A program made the translations under genes and the position numbers. Positions 52,759 to 62,943 of a DNA stretch of 64,000 bases are shown here, one piece after another (position 1 is the stretch's first letter; each line of letters begins with the position of its first letter). Origin of the DNA: Patescibacteria group bacterium (lineage in GTDB: Bacteria > Patescibacteriota > Gracilibacteria > UBA1369 > PNNO01); the NCBI GenBank assembly GCA_042568575.1, contig JBHPIO010000001.1, positions 162,285-226,284 of the forward strand, in the 5' to 3' direction. The notes under the pieces are model-generated. The model was not told the DNA's origin. It made no database searches and worked only from the letters and a program-made list of their open reading frames with translations.

Positions 52759-54060
52759 ATGAAGGTTAAAACGCTTTTTGTCTGTAATAGTTGCGGTTTT
52801 GAAAGTCCAAAATGGACCGGGAAATGTCCATCATGTGATACATGGAATTCTTTTGAGGAGAATACTATTGATACCTCGGTTGTTAGGGCGCATAAATCGG
52901 TAAAGCCGAAAGATCCCAAACCACTTGTGCTCACCACTTCTAAAGAAGAAAGGCTTGTTTTGGAAATGGACGAAGTAAATCGTGTTCTTGGAGGCGGAGT
53001 GCTCGAAGGAAGCCTCATACTATTAACTGGCGAACCGGGAATTGGGAAATCGACACTTACATTGCAACTTTGCGATCAATTGGTCGCTTTAAAAAAGTCG
53101 GTTTTGTATATTTCTGGTGAAGAATCGCAAAATCAAATAGCCGGACGCGCAAAACGTTTAAAAATTAATTCGGAAAATATTTCATTTTTGGCTGAAACGA
53201 ATTTAGAAACAATTATGGCAACTTTGCGCCAACATAAACCAAACATTGTTGTTATCGACTCAATCCAAGTGCTCCATAGCGCTGACTTAAGCGGAATTTC
53301 TGGAGGTGTCGGACAAATCAGGTATGCAACGGAACAGTTCATGCAATATGCAAAAGAAACAGGTACTCCAGTGATTTTGATTGGCCATGTTACAAAAGAC
53401 GGAGCTCTTGCTGGTCCTCGTGTTTTAGAGCACCTGGTCGATACTGTTTTGTATCTTGAAGGTGACAGATATCAGCATTTCAGAATTTTGCGTAGTCAAA
53501 AAAACAGATTTGGAACAACAAATGAAATTGGGATATTTGAAATGCATGAAAACGGACTTGAGGAAGTAAAAAACCCATCAGCTCATTTACTTGAAGGACG
53601 AAAAGAAAACGCAATCGGATCTGCAATTACAGTAACTCTGGAAGGAACCCGTCCCCTACTCGTTGAAGTGCAGGCTTTAACCAATATAACGCCTTTCGGG
53701 TATCCAAAACGCACCGCAACAGGTTATGACGTTAATCGAATGCAACTTTTGATCTCTGTTTTGCAAAAATACGCAAATTTAAATCTTTCTAATCAGGATA
53801 TTTTCGTAAATGTTGTTGGAGGAATTCGAATTAACGATCCTTCGTGCGATTTAGGAGTCCTTGTTGCAATTGCCTCATCATTTTTAAAGAAAACAATACC
53901 CACCGAAACTGCTTTTATTGGCGAAATAGGACTTTCCGGAGAAATTCGAACGGTTAGTCAAATCGAAAAAAGAGTCAAAGAAGCAGAAAAACTAGGATTC
54001 AAAAATATCGTCACGCCAAAAACGGTGAAAGATGTGATGTCAGCTATTCAAGCACTTTAA
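52759..54060 (+). CDS. radA: DNA repair protein RadA/Sms
   Basis: C4 zinc finger, GEPGIGKST, KNRFG. Confidence 0.98.
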   Translation: MKVKTLFVCNSCGFESPKWTGKCPSCDTWNSFEENTIDTSVVRAHKSVKPKDPKPLVLTTSKEERLVLEMDEVNRVLGGGVLEGSLILLTGEPGIGKSTLTLQLCDQLVALKKSVLYISGEESQNQIAGRAKRLKINSENISFLAETNLETIMATLRQHKPNIVVIDSIQVLHSADLSGISGGVGQIRYATEQFMQYAKETGTPVILIGHVTKDGALAGPRVLEHLVDTVLYLEGDRYQHFRILRSQKNRFGTTNEIGIFEMHENGLEEVKNPSAHLLEGRKENAIGSAITVTLEGTRPLLVEVQALTNITPFGYPKRTATGYDVNRMQLLISVLQKYANLNLSNQDIFVNVVGGIRINDPSCDLGVLVAIASSFLKKTIPTETAFIGEIGLSGEIRTVSQIEKRVKEAEKLGFKNIVTPKTVKDVMSAIQAL

Positions 54061-54815
54061 ATACCAAAAAATTCCTCTGCATTTTTCGTTGTAATCTCTG
54101 CGATTTCGCTAAATGGCACGTTTTTAATGCGAGCCATTTCTAAAGCAATCTCAAGAACATACGAAGGTTCGTTTGTTTTGCCTCTAAATTTCTGCGGAGA
54201 GAGATATGGACAGTCAGTTTCAATCATCATCGCATCCGGAGGGCATTCTTCGACAACTTCACGCAAATTATGAGCTGTTGGATATGTGATAATTCCTGTA
54301 AAGGAGGTCATGTAGCCAGCCAGCCAAACTTTACGTGCAAATGATACGTCGCTTCCAAAACAATGGAAAACAGCATCCTTTATGTCATTCTCTTGAAGAA
54401 TTTCAAGACATTCCTCGTCTGCATCTCTGTTATGAATGATAAGTGGCTTATTTAATTCCTTCGCAAGAGCAATATGCTGCTTTAAAACACTAATTTGAAT
54501 GTTTTTTGGTGAGTATTCCTTAAAATAATCAAGCCCCGTCTCCCCTATCGCTACAATTTTCTCGTGACTTGCAAGTTTTTTAAAGGCTTCCCACATTTCA
54601 CCAGTTAGCTTTTTAGAATCCTGTGGATGCAGGCCAACAGAAGCGAAAATTCCTTCATAGTTTTCAGCAATTTTAATTGCTTCTTCAGTACTTTTGATAT
54701 CACAACCCACAACAATCATCTTTTTAACACCCTCATTGTTGGCGCGACTAATAACATCCTCAATATCGTTTGAAAGTGGTTTAAATTGTATGTGGCAGTG
54801 GGTGTCGATTAGCAT
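54057..54815 (-). CDS. tatD: TatD-family nuclease
   Basis: IDTHCH, GLHP, IGETGLDY, HNRDA, ETDCPYL. Confidence 0.95.
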   Translation of the reverse strand: MLIDTHCHIQFKPLSNDIEDVISRANNEGVKKMIVVGCDIKSTEEAIKIAENYEGIFASVGLHPQDSKKLTGEMWEAFKKLASHEKIVAIGETGLDYFKEYSPKNIQISVLKQHIALAKELNKPLIIHNRDADEECLEILQENDIKDAVFHCFGSDVSFARKVWLAGYMTSFTGIITYPTAHNLREVVEECPPDAMMIETDCPYLSPQKFRGKTNEPSYVLEIALEMARIKNVPFSEIAEITTKNAEEFFGI

Positions 54816-54926
54816 AAAAAGAATTTAGTAGTCGAAGTTCAATCTATCATTTTTTTAGTAAAATAAAAACAACAACTTGACAGAACATCGAAAATTGATT
54901 AAATTCACCTCTTATTAAATATTTAT

Positions 54927-55442
54927 ATGGCAGACAAAAAACCATCAGAACGCATTGTGTCTCCAGAACATATAGATCCTGACGTTCGCGTATTCTTTCG
55001 TAACGAAGAAGACTTCACGTTACCTGACTCGATAATTAAGAGCGCTGGAGGACATATGGTTGGAGTTCTAGAGGGAGAGAAAGAACCGATTGCAGATGTA
55101 TGGCTTACTTTCAATCAAAACCTTGTATCAAGGAGGGTGGTTGTTACAGATCCTGAAGATGACCATGACATGAAAACAGTTGAAGCTATTGAACAAATGA
55201 AGGCAGCCATCTTTATGGGTCGTGAATTTACACCTGATGTAATTCAAAGAACAACGCAGTTGTTAAATATGGTTGTAACAAAGAGTCCAGATGCAGCCAT
55301 TGTCTTGGCTTCGCATGGGATTAACACACAAATAATCGATGCAATCAGAGAGAGCACAGATGTAAAAGTAATTCATGCTGTCAATTTAGATAACTACATG
55401 CATGCCATTGTGCGTCTTCAAGCATTGATAACAGATCTTTAA
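54927..55442 (+). CDS. Hypothetical protein
   Basis: 171-aa ORF; TTGACA-N17-TAAATT promoter at 54877-54905. Confidence 0.75.
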   Translation: MADKKPSERIVSPEHIDPDVRVFFRNEEDFTLPDSIIKSAGGHMVGVLEGEKEPIADVWLTFNQNLVSRRVVVTDPEDDHDMKTVEAIEQMKAAIFMGREFTPDVIQRTTQLLNMVVTKSPDAAIVLASHGINTQIIDAIRESTDVKVIHAVNLDNYMHAIVRLQALITDL

Positions 55443-55495
55443 TCAACTAACTTTCATTTGTTTTCTCAGGCATTTTATGTAATGTTTATTTTCGT

Positions 55496-57631
55496 ATGAA
55501 AGTAAGCATTTTAATTGTACAATTCGGCGACGCAAAACCTACAATCGCTTGTATTAAGTCAATATACAAGTCTTCGATTGATAAAAAAGATTTCGAAATT
55601 ATTATTGTCGATAATAATCGCAATGATGAACAGAAAGAAGTTTTTAAACGAAAATTTCCGAAAAGTATTTATGTAAAATCAAAGAAAAACAATTATTGCC
55701 ATGCTTTAAATGTTGGAGTTAAAAAAGCCAAAGGTGAATTTGTTCATGTTTTAAATCCTGACACGCTCCTGGATAAAAATTGTATCTCAGAGCTTTTAAG
55801 AACATTTGAAAAAGATAAACGAATTGCAGGAGTTACTTCAAAAATTCTATTCAATAAATCTAAAAGGATTAATAGTCTCGGAATCGAAGAAATCGGAGAC
55901 CACTATTACCGTGACACTGGTTTTGACGAAGAAGATTCAGAAGATTTACGTGTAAGTTCGATTAAATATGCAAGCGGATGCAGTGTGATGTATCGAAAAA
56001 AAGCGCTAGAGGATGTAGGTTATTTTGACGAAGACTTTGTGATGTATATGGAAGACGTGAATATGGGAATTGAACTTCGAAAAAAGAAATGGACTTTAAA
56101 AGTGAATCCAAAAAGCATTATTTATCATGCTTTTCATGGTACAGCTAAGGGTGTTGATTTACCTTCATATTTTTGTAATCGAAACAGATTTATTTTGATG
56201 GCGAAACATTATCCTCAAGATTTTGCAAAAAATATTAAAACCTCAGCTTACTATATTCATAAAAATCATGACGATCTTTTTGATTTCATTAGAGCCGGCA
56301 TTTATAAATTAATGAAAGATCAACCAGAGAATGTAATTAAAAAATATCTTCCAAAGATTCTCGAAGTTACGTCGGACATTTATCCTTTTGATAAAGTTCA
56401 AAATATTTTAAATGAAATAGAACTTGTTTTCGGATTAAGAAAACCAAAGATTTTACTTTATGATCATGCTCTTCATTTTATTGGTGGAGGACAAAAATAC
56501 GGATGCACCATCGCGGAAGCTTTGCAGAAAAAATATTATGTTCTTTTTATTGGGAATAAAAAAGTTGATATCCCTCAATTAGAAAAATGGTACGACTTAA
56601 ATCTAAAAAAGTGTAATGTTAAAATTGTTCCGCTTAAAATTAATAAAAAGGATGAACTGATTAATCCTTCACTTGCAGAAGATGCAAGAGTAAATCCTTT
56701 TGCGCCAGTGGAAGATAATGTTTGGAAGCATGACATTTTTATAAATGTTAATATGACGCCTCATGTTAATGCATTAGCGTTGTATTCAATTTTCTTATGT
56801 CACTTCCCAGATGGTAAAAAACGAAACTTCTTCTACCCTCAGGAATACGATACTATCGTCGCAAATTCAAAATATACAAATGGATGGTTAGAAAAAAAAT
56901 GGAAACTTAAGGCAGACAAAGTAATTTATCCTCCAATTGATATGGCACATAAAAAATCAGTAAAAAAAGAAAACATTATTTTGTCTGTTGGAAGATTTGA
57001 AGAAAGTGGTTCAAAAAAACAATACGAACTTGCTGAAGCGTTTAGTGAAATTTGTAAAAAGAATAAAAAAATTGCAAATGAATGGAAATTAATTCTTGCA
57101 GGAGGAACAATTCAAAAAAATCCTTATCTTAAAAAAATTCAAAGGTTTGTTAAATCAAATTCGTGCAATATTGAGATTCAAACAAACGTAGAAAATGAAG
57201 ATTTAAAACAATTATACGCAAATGCAAAAATATTCTGGCACGCGTGTGGATTAAATCAGCATAAGAAAAAGAATCCACACTTAATTGAACATTTTGGGAT
57301 GTCGACTGTTGAAGCAATGCAAAATGGGTGCGCTCCTATTGTCATTAATGGCGGTGGACAGCGCGAAATCATTGATCACAAAAAGAATGGATTTCGATTT
57401 AATTCTGAGAAAGATTTAAAAAAAATCACTCTTAAATTAATTAAAAATGAAAACCTATTAAGAAATATTCAAAAAAATGCAAAAAATGACAGTAAAAAAT
57501 ATGAGAAGCATATTTTCCAAAATCATTTCTTGAAAATTATTGATCCGATGGTTGAAAAGTTGAAAGACCCGAAAAGATTTATTCCGGAAGCACATGAAGT
57601 TTACAAAAAATTAGTAGAAAATTCAGATTAA
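55496..57631 (+). CDS. GT2-GT4 fusion glycosyltransferase
   Basis: IIVDN, LNPDT, FVMYMEDV (GT2); GGGQKY, SVGRF, EHFGMSTVEAM (GT4). Confidence 0.9.
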   Translation: MKVSILIVQFGDAKPTIACIKSIYKSSIDKKDFEIIIVDNNRNDEQKEVFKRKFPKSIYVKSKKNNYCHALNVGVKKAKGEFVHVLNPDTLLDKNCISELLRTFEKDKRIAGVTSKILFNKSKRINSLGIEEIGDHYYRDTGFDEEDSEDLRVSSIKYASGCSVMYRKKALEDVGYFDEDFVMYMEDVNMGIELRKKKWTLKVNPKSIIYHAFHGTAKGVDLPSYFCNRNRFILMAKHYPQDFAKNIKTSAYYIHKNHDDLFDFIRAGIYKLMKDQPENVIKKYLPKILEVTSDIYPFDKVQNILNEIELVFGLRKPKILLYDHALHFIGGGQKYGCTIAEALQKKYYVLFIGNKKVDIPQLEKWYDLNLKKCNVKIVPLKINKKDELINPSLAEDARVNPFAPVEDNVWKHDIFINVNMTPHVNALALYSIFLCHFPDGKKRNFFYPQEYDTIVANSKYTNGWLEKKWKLKADKVIYPPIDMAHKKSVKKENIILSVGRFEESGSKKQYELAEAFSEICKKNKKIANEWKLILAGGTIQKNPYLKKIQRFVKSNSCNIEIQTNVENEDLKQLYANAKIFWHACGLNQHKKKNPHLIEHFGMSTVEAMQNGCAPIVINGGGQREIIDHKKNGFRFNSEKDLKKITLKLIKNENLLRNIQKNAKNDSKKYEKHIFQNHFLKIIDPMVEKLKDPKRFIPEAHEVYKKLVENSD

Positions 57632-57975
57632 TCTTTCAAACTCTTTTTTATTTTATTTATTTCACGTTCCATTTGTTGAAGACGTGAAAGAATTTCTTTG
57701 TTGTATCTTTCCTGCCTTCCAATAACATCTCCAATGAAATATTCTGTTTCGTAATAGAATTTATTTTTCAGTTTATCAACTATTTTGCCAGTAAGTTTTC
57801 GTGGAGAAACAAATCTGCGAAAGTAACGTAAAAGATCTGCATGTTCTTTGAGTTCATCAATATCAATCTCTTTCCCTTCAAGAGCTTCTTTTTTCTTTAA
57901 AGCATTTAGATCCTTGGAAGCTTTTTCCAAAAACTTTAAAATGCGTTTCTTTTGTACATCTGATAAACTATTCAT
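57628..57975 (-). CDS. Small basic coiled-coil protein in glycan cluster
   Basis: 115-aa ORF with C-terminal heptads (QERYNKEILSRLQQMEREI). Confidence 0.65.
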   Translation of the reverse strand: MNSLSDVQKKRILKFLEKASKDLNALKKKEALEGKEIDIDELKEHADLLRYFRRFVSPRKLTGKIVDKLKNKFYYETEYFIGDVIGRQERYNKEILSRLQQMEREINKIKKSLKD

Positions 57976-58035
57976 ATATGATTTTAATGCCCCCTCATTG
58001 TAACGAAAGTGTTTGAGTAACTCAAACTAATACTT

Positions 58036-59178
58036 ATGAAAATTGGTTTCGACATTACAGCTTTAAGTATGCCAAAAACTGGTATTGGCCAATATCAGTA
58101 TAATTTACTGAATTCACTTTTAAAGTTAGATAGAGAAAATGAATACTGTTTGTATGCGTTTAATTTACGAGACAATAACAAGTACTCTGATATTAATTTT
58201 GACGTCAAACACGCAAACGTAAACATGCATGCATATAAAATCCCACAACGCCTCATTACTGCATGGTGGATGATGGTTCGCTACCCAAATCTGGAACAAA
58301 TAACAGAAAACTGTGATGTTTATCAAATCTCCGAAATTTGCCAACAACCAACAAAGAAAAAAACAGTCGCATTTATTCATGATTTAACAACAAAATTCTT
58401 CCCGGAATATCATCTGTTTAAAAATAAGATTCTTTATCACCATCGTTTTAAAAATATTAAGAAATATGCGAATGCGATTCTTACAAACTCTGAGCACACA
58501 AAAAATGACATTGTTGAACATTTGGGAATTGAACCTGGTAGAATTTTTATAACCCCTTTTGGAACCCACGAACGTTTTCGAAAAATAAATGACGAAGGAA
58601 AAGTTAAAGCAGTTTTAAATAAATATAATATTACCGATCCTTATATTTGTTATTTAGGAACAATCGAACCGCGTAAAAATTTAAATAATCTTTTTGAAGC
58701 ATTTCACCAATTAAAAGAACAGGAATGTATTCCGCACAAATTAGTTTTGATCGGGAAAGAAGGATGGTATTACGAAAATATTTATAAAAAAATAAACGAA
58801 CTTAATTTAGATAAAGATGTTATTAAAACAGGTTTTGTTCCTGATGAAGAAATTCCACATTTATTAAATGGTGCTGACACATTTGTTTATCCATCGTTTT
58901 ATGAAGGATTTGGTTTGCCTGTCTTAGAAGCTATGGCATGCGGAACACCAGTTGTAACTTCACGAATTTCTTCGCTCCCTGAAGTTGGTGGTGACGCAGT
59001 AAAATATATTAATCCAAAAAGGCCTCAAGATATCGCAGAAAAGTTATTTGAGTTTATTAAATCAAAAGATGAGCGAGAAAAATTTGCAAAACTGGGAATT
59101 GAGCGTGCACAAAAATTCTCATGGGAAAATTGCGCAAAAGAAACTCTCAAAGTTTATAAGAAAGTTGCTCGCGGATAA
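58036..59178 (+). CDS. GT4 (mannosyltransferase-like) glycosyltransferase
   Basis: TGIGQY, FIHDL, GTIEPRKN, YEGFGLPVLEAMACG. Confidence 0.93.
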   Translation: MKIGFDITALSMPKTGIGQYQYNLLNSLLKLDRENEYCLYAFNLRDNNKYSDINFDVKHANVNMHAYKIPQRLITAWWMMVRYPNLEQITENCDVYQISEICQQPTKKKTVAFIHDLTTKFFPEYHLFKNKILYHHRFKNIKKYANAILTNSEHTKNDIVEHLGIEPGRIFITPFGTHERFRKINDEGKVKAVLNKYNITDPYICYLGTIEPRKNLNNLFEAFHQLKEQECIPHKLVLIGKEGWYYENIYKKINELNLDKDVIKTGFVPDEEIPHLLNGADTFVYPSFYEGFGLPVLEAMACGTPVVTSRISSLPEVGGDAVKYINPKRPQDIAEKLFEFIKSKDEREKFAKLGIERAQKFSWENCAKETLKVYKKVARG

Positions 59179-59910
59179 TTATTGAATACTGTTTTTATAT
59201 TTTTCAACAACTTCCGCTGTTTTACCGAATGCTGTAATTTCACCATTTTCGAGAAGCATTGTTTTGGTGCAAAATTTTTCAACACTATCTAAATCGTGAC
59301 TGACATAAACAATTGTTTTGCCGGAACGTTTTAATTCTTCAAAAGTGTTAAGACATTTTTTTTGAAAAGGCAAATCCCCTACCGCAAGAACTTCGTCACA
59401 CAAATAAATATCAGCATCTACCTGGGATGCAATTGTAAATGCAAGACGCACCTGCATTCCTGATGAATAATTTTTAAGTTTCATTTCCATAAAATCTTCA
59501 AGCTCTGCAAAAGCAACCATTTCACGATATTTCTTATCAATTTCTTTGTGACTTAATCCAAGAATCACTCCATTTAGATACACATTCTCACGAGCACTCA
59601 AATCCCCGTTAAATCCAATCCCAAGCTCTAGAAACGGCGATATTGAGCCGTCAACATCAACCTTTCCGGTTGTTGGAGTATAAATATTTGCAAGAATTTT
59701 AAGAAGCGTACTCTTTCCACTTCCATTCCTTCCAATAATTCCAAGAAAATCACCCTCATTTACTTCAAGATTAATATTTTTAAGAGCATGAAAGTCATCA
59801 TATTTAATTCTTCGATGAAAATGTACAATATGCTCCTTCAAAGTATCACGCCTTTCGTGCGGAATTCTAAATACTTTACTTACATTTTTTAACCCAATTA
59901 ATTGAGACAT
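59179..59910 (-). CDS. wzt: Polysaccharide ABC exporter ATPase (no C-terminal carbohydrate-binding module)
   Basis: GRNGSGKST, YSSGMQVRLAF, DEVLAVGD. Confidence 0.9.
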   Translation of the reverse strand: MSQLIGLKNVSKVFRIPHERRDTLKEHIVHFHRRIKYDDFHALKNINLEVNEGDFLGIIGRNGSGKSTLLKILANIYTPTTGKVDVDGSISPFLELGIGFNGDLSARENVYLNGVILGLSHKEIDKKYREMVAFAELEDFMEMKLKNYSSGMQVRLAFTIASQVDADIYLCDEVLAVGDLPFQKKCLNTFEELKRSGKTIVYVSHDLDSVEKFCTKTMLLENGEITAFGKTAEVVEKYKNSIQ

Positions 59911-59913
59911 AAA

Positions 59914-60690
59914 TTAAATGTTTTCGGGAACTGATTTTTGATAGCGTTGAAAAAGAAAAACACCAAGAATAAAAAGAAGTATAGTCATAAATAGCAAAAC
60001 AAGATTTAAATTAATTGCAGGAACATGACCTTGAATAAAAATCGTCCTGCTATATTCAATTACTCGCGCGAGTGGATTTAAATAAACAAGCCTATGATAG
60101 GATTCAGGAATCATTGAAACCGGATAAATAATTGGTGTCATCCAAAATCCAACTTGCAAAAGCACATCCCAAATATGTGAAAGATCACGGAATTTGATGT
60201 ACATAACAGCAAGAATTAATGCAAAAGATAAAATTAAAAAGTAGAGTTCAATTACATAAACTAGGAAAAATAAAAATGAAAAGCTAAAGCCAATATCACT
60301 AATAGCAACAAAAACAAAAAACACAATCATGTTCAATAAAAATGTGAGAAAAGATGTAATTGTTGATGCAATTACAATAATAATTCGGGGGAAATATACT
60401 TTCGTTACTAAAGACTCCTTAGATTCAAATGCTCGAAGTGCAATCGAAGTCGCTTCTGCAAAGAAATTCCAGATTATCACACCTAAAAGAAGATACAGCT
60501 GATAATTCTCTACCGGAAATCGCATAAAAATAGAAAAAACTACATATAAAACAGCAAATAATAGAAGAGGTTTTATCAAAGTCCAGAAATATCCTAACAA
60601 AGAGTTCTGATATCGAACTTTAAAGTCAGAGATTGCTATTTCTTTAAGGATCCTTAAGTTCTTTTTTGAAAATAGTTTTTCTTGCTGCAT
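59914..60690 (-). CDS. wzm: Polysaccharide ABC exporter permease
   Basis: DFKVRYQNSLLGYFW, FRDLSHIW, TPIIYP, LNPL. Confidence 0.9.
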   Translation of the reverse strand: MQQEKLFSKKNLRILKEIAISDFKVRYQNSLLGYFWTLIKPLLLFAVLYVVFSIFMRFPVENYQLYLLLGVIIWNFFAEATSIALRAFESKESLVTKVYFPRIIIVIASTITSFLTFLLNMIVFFVFVAISDIGFSFSFLFFLVYVIELYFLILSFALILAVMYIKFRDLSHIWDVLLQVGFWMTPIIYPVSMIPESYHRLVYLNPLARVIEYSRTIFIQGHVPAINLNLVLLFMTILLFILGVFLFQRYQKSVPENI

Positions 60691-60778
60691 GTAATTATTT
60701 AAATTGTGCACCGTTATAGTGTACATAAAAACACTTAACGTTTACAAATGTACTTTACGCTGGTAAATTTATAAACGC

Positions 60779-60823
60779 ATGTTTTTATTTTATACAAGCT
60801 TATATAACACATATAGACCATGA
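60779..60823 (+). CDS. Putative Phe/Tyr-rich uORF MFLFYTSLYNTYRP overlapping the aroF start (ATGA)
   Basis: Follows TTTACA-N17-TAAATT promoter (60741-60769). Confidence 0.35.
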   Translation: MFLFYTSLYNTYRP

Positions 60824-61836
60824 TTATTGTAATGAGAAAGTCTGCTTCGGATGATCAGATAAAAGCGATTATCAACGAGATCAACGAGAAAGGACTAAAA
60901 CCAATGCCACTTTATGGCACAGAGAGGACTGTTATCGCAGTTATTGGTGACGAACGTATTCTGGATCCACAACACATCAAATCGCTTCCAGGTGTAAGTC
61001 AGGCGATGATGGTACTCCCTCCATATAAGATGGTGAGCCGAGAAACAAAACATGAAGACACAATTGTAACAGTTAAAGGTGATATTGAAATCGGTGGAAA
61101 CAAAATTCAAATGATGGCCGGACCTTGCGCTGTTGAGAACTACAAATTTACAAAAGAAGCAGCTCAGGCATGTAGCGCTGTTGGTTGCCGAATTTTAAGA
61201 GGTGGAGCTTTTAAACCTAGAACAGGGCCGTATTCTTTCCAGGGACTTGGTGAAGAAGGTCTTAAAATCTTAAAACAAATCGGTGAAGAAGAAAATATGG
61301 CAGTTGTAACTGAAATCCTTGATATTCGTGATATCGATTTAGTTGCAAAATACGCCGACATCTTGCAAATCGGAGCTAGGAATATGCAAAATTTCAATCT
61401 TCTTGAAGAAGTTGGAAAAATTAAGAAACCAATCCTATTGAAACGTGGACTTTCGGCAAAAATTAAAGAGTGGCTACTTGCTGCCGAATATATTCTTTCA
61501 AACGGGAATCCAAATGTAATTTTGTGCGAACGTGGTATTAGAACTTTCGAAACAGAAACAAGATGCACTCTTGCACTTTCTTCTGTACCACTTATTAAAG
61601 AATTAAGTCATCTTCCTATAATTGTTGATCCAAGTCATGCTACAGGAAAACCTTCATTAATTCCGCCAATGACAAAAGCCGCAATTGCATGTGGCGCGGA
61701 TGGAATCATAGTTGAAGTACATCCAAAACCAGACGAGGCACTTTGTGACGGTCAACAGGCACTAATTCCTGAACAATTCTCAAAATTAATCGACGAATTG
61801 AAACCAGTTGCCCAGGCAGTAGGAAGAACAATGTAA
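60820..61836 (+). CDS. aroF: DAHP synthase, type I-beta with N-terminal regulatory domain
   Basis: AGPCAVE, RGGAFKPRT, IGARNMQN, LCERGIRTFE, DPSH. Confidence 0.95.
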   Translation: MIIVMRKSASDDQIKAIINEINEKGLKPMPLYGTERTVIAVIGDERILDPQHIKSLPGVSQAMMVLPPYKMVSRETKHEDTIVTVKGDIEIGGNKIQMMAGPCAVENYKFTKEAAQACSAVGCRILRGGAFKPRTGPYSFQGLGEEGLKILKQIGEEENMAVVTEILDIRDIDLVAKYADILQIGARNMQNFNLLEEVGKIKKPILLKRGLSAKIKEWLLAAEYILSNGNPNVILCERGIRTFETETRCTLALSSVPLIKELSHLPIIVDPSHATGKPSLIPPMTKAAIACGADGIIVEVHPKPDEALCDGQQALIPEQFSKLIDELKPVAQAVGRTM

Positions 61837-61851
61837 TCCAAAGCATTTTCT

Positions 61852-62943
61852 ATGAAAAAAATAACTGTTCCTCTAAAAAAGAGAATAGATTACTCATATG
61901 CGATTAGTTATTCAACTGATTATATCTCCGAATTAGTTGCAGATATTAAGAATAACAAATGGGGAAAGCGGTACGCTGTTATTTCAGATTCAAAAGTAAA
62001 AAAATTATATGGAGAAAAACTTGTTAAGAAATTAAAACGTTCTGGAATTAATGCAGAATTACTTTCATTTCCTTTTGGTGAAAAAAATAAAACGCTCGAT
62101 CAGGCAGAGAAATTAATTCACCAACTTTCAAAATTAGAATTTCATAGGGACGATTGCGTGATAGCTTTAGGAGGAGGCGTAACTGGAGATTTAGCCGGTT
62201 TTGTTGCATCTATTTACATGCGCGGCATTCCATATATCCAAATTCCAACTACACTTTTATCAATGGTTGATTCATCTGTAGGTGGAAAAACCGGTGTAGA
62301 TAGCTCATGGGGGAAAAATTTGATTGGAACCTTTTATCAACCAAAAAAAGTTTATATCGACACAGTATTTTTGAAAACTTTACCAAAGAAACAATTACGA
62401 AATGGAATCGCTGAGGTTATTAAATACGGAGTTATTAAAGCTCCATCTATTTTGAGGGCTTTGTACAAAAAACACGAGAAAGTAATGGGTCTTGATGAAC
62501 GTATTCTCAAAAGAATCATAATGAGATGTATAAAAATTAAAGCTGACATCGTAGGCAAAGATGAAAGAGAAACAGGCATTAGAAAAATTTTAAATTATGG
62601 ACATACAGTTGGCCATGCAATTGAAAAAATTTCAAAATTTAAAGTACAACACGGAGAAGGAGTTAGTTTAGGAATGGCAGTTATTAACACAATTGCCACA
62701 GACAAAAAGATGTTCGCAAAAAAGAAACAGCTCTACATAAAAAATATTTTTAAACTCTACAATCTTCCAACAAAATTTCCAAAACCAATCGACCCAAATA
62801 GATTAATTAACATAATGAAACAGGACAAAAAAGCGAAAAAAGGAAAAAACTATTTTATCGTGCCCCAAAAACTAGGAAAAGTATTTTTAAGTGGAAAAAT
62901 TACAAACCGAGATATAATAAAAGCATGCAAAAAGCACTCATAA
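61852..62943 (+). CDS. aroB: 3-dehydroquinate synthase
   Basis: GGGVTGD, PTTLLSMVDSSVGGKTG, LNYGHTVGHAIE. Confidence 0.96.
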   Translation: MKKITVPLKKRIDYSYAISYSTDYISELVADIKNNKWGKRYAVISDSKVKKLYGEKLVKKLKRSGINAELLSFPFGEKNKTLDQAEKLIHQLSKLEFHRDDCVIALGGGVTGDLAGFVASIYMRGIPYIQIPTTLLSMVDSSVGGKTGVDSSWGKNLIGTFYQPKKVYIDTVFLKTLPKKQLRNGIAEVIKYGVIKAPSILRALYKKHEKVMGLDERILKRIIMRCIKIKADIVGKDERETGIRKILNYGHTVGHAIEKISKFKVQHGEGVSLGMAVINTIATDKKMFAKKKQLYIKNIFKLYNLPTKFPKPIDPNRLINIMKQDKKAKKGKNYFIVPQKLGKVFLSGKITNRDIIKACKKHS

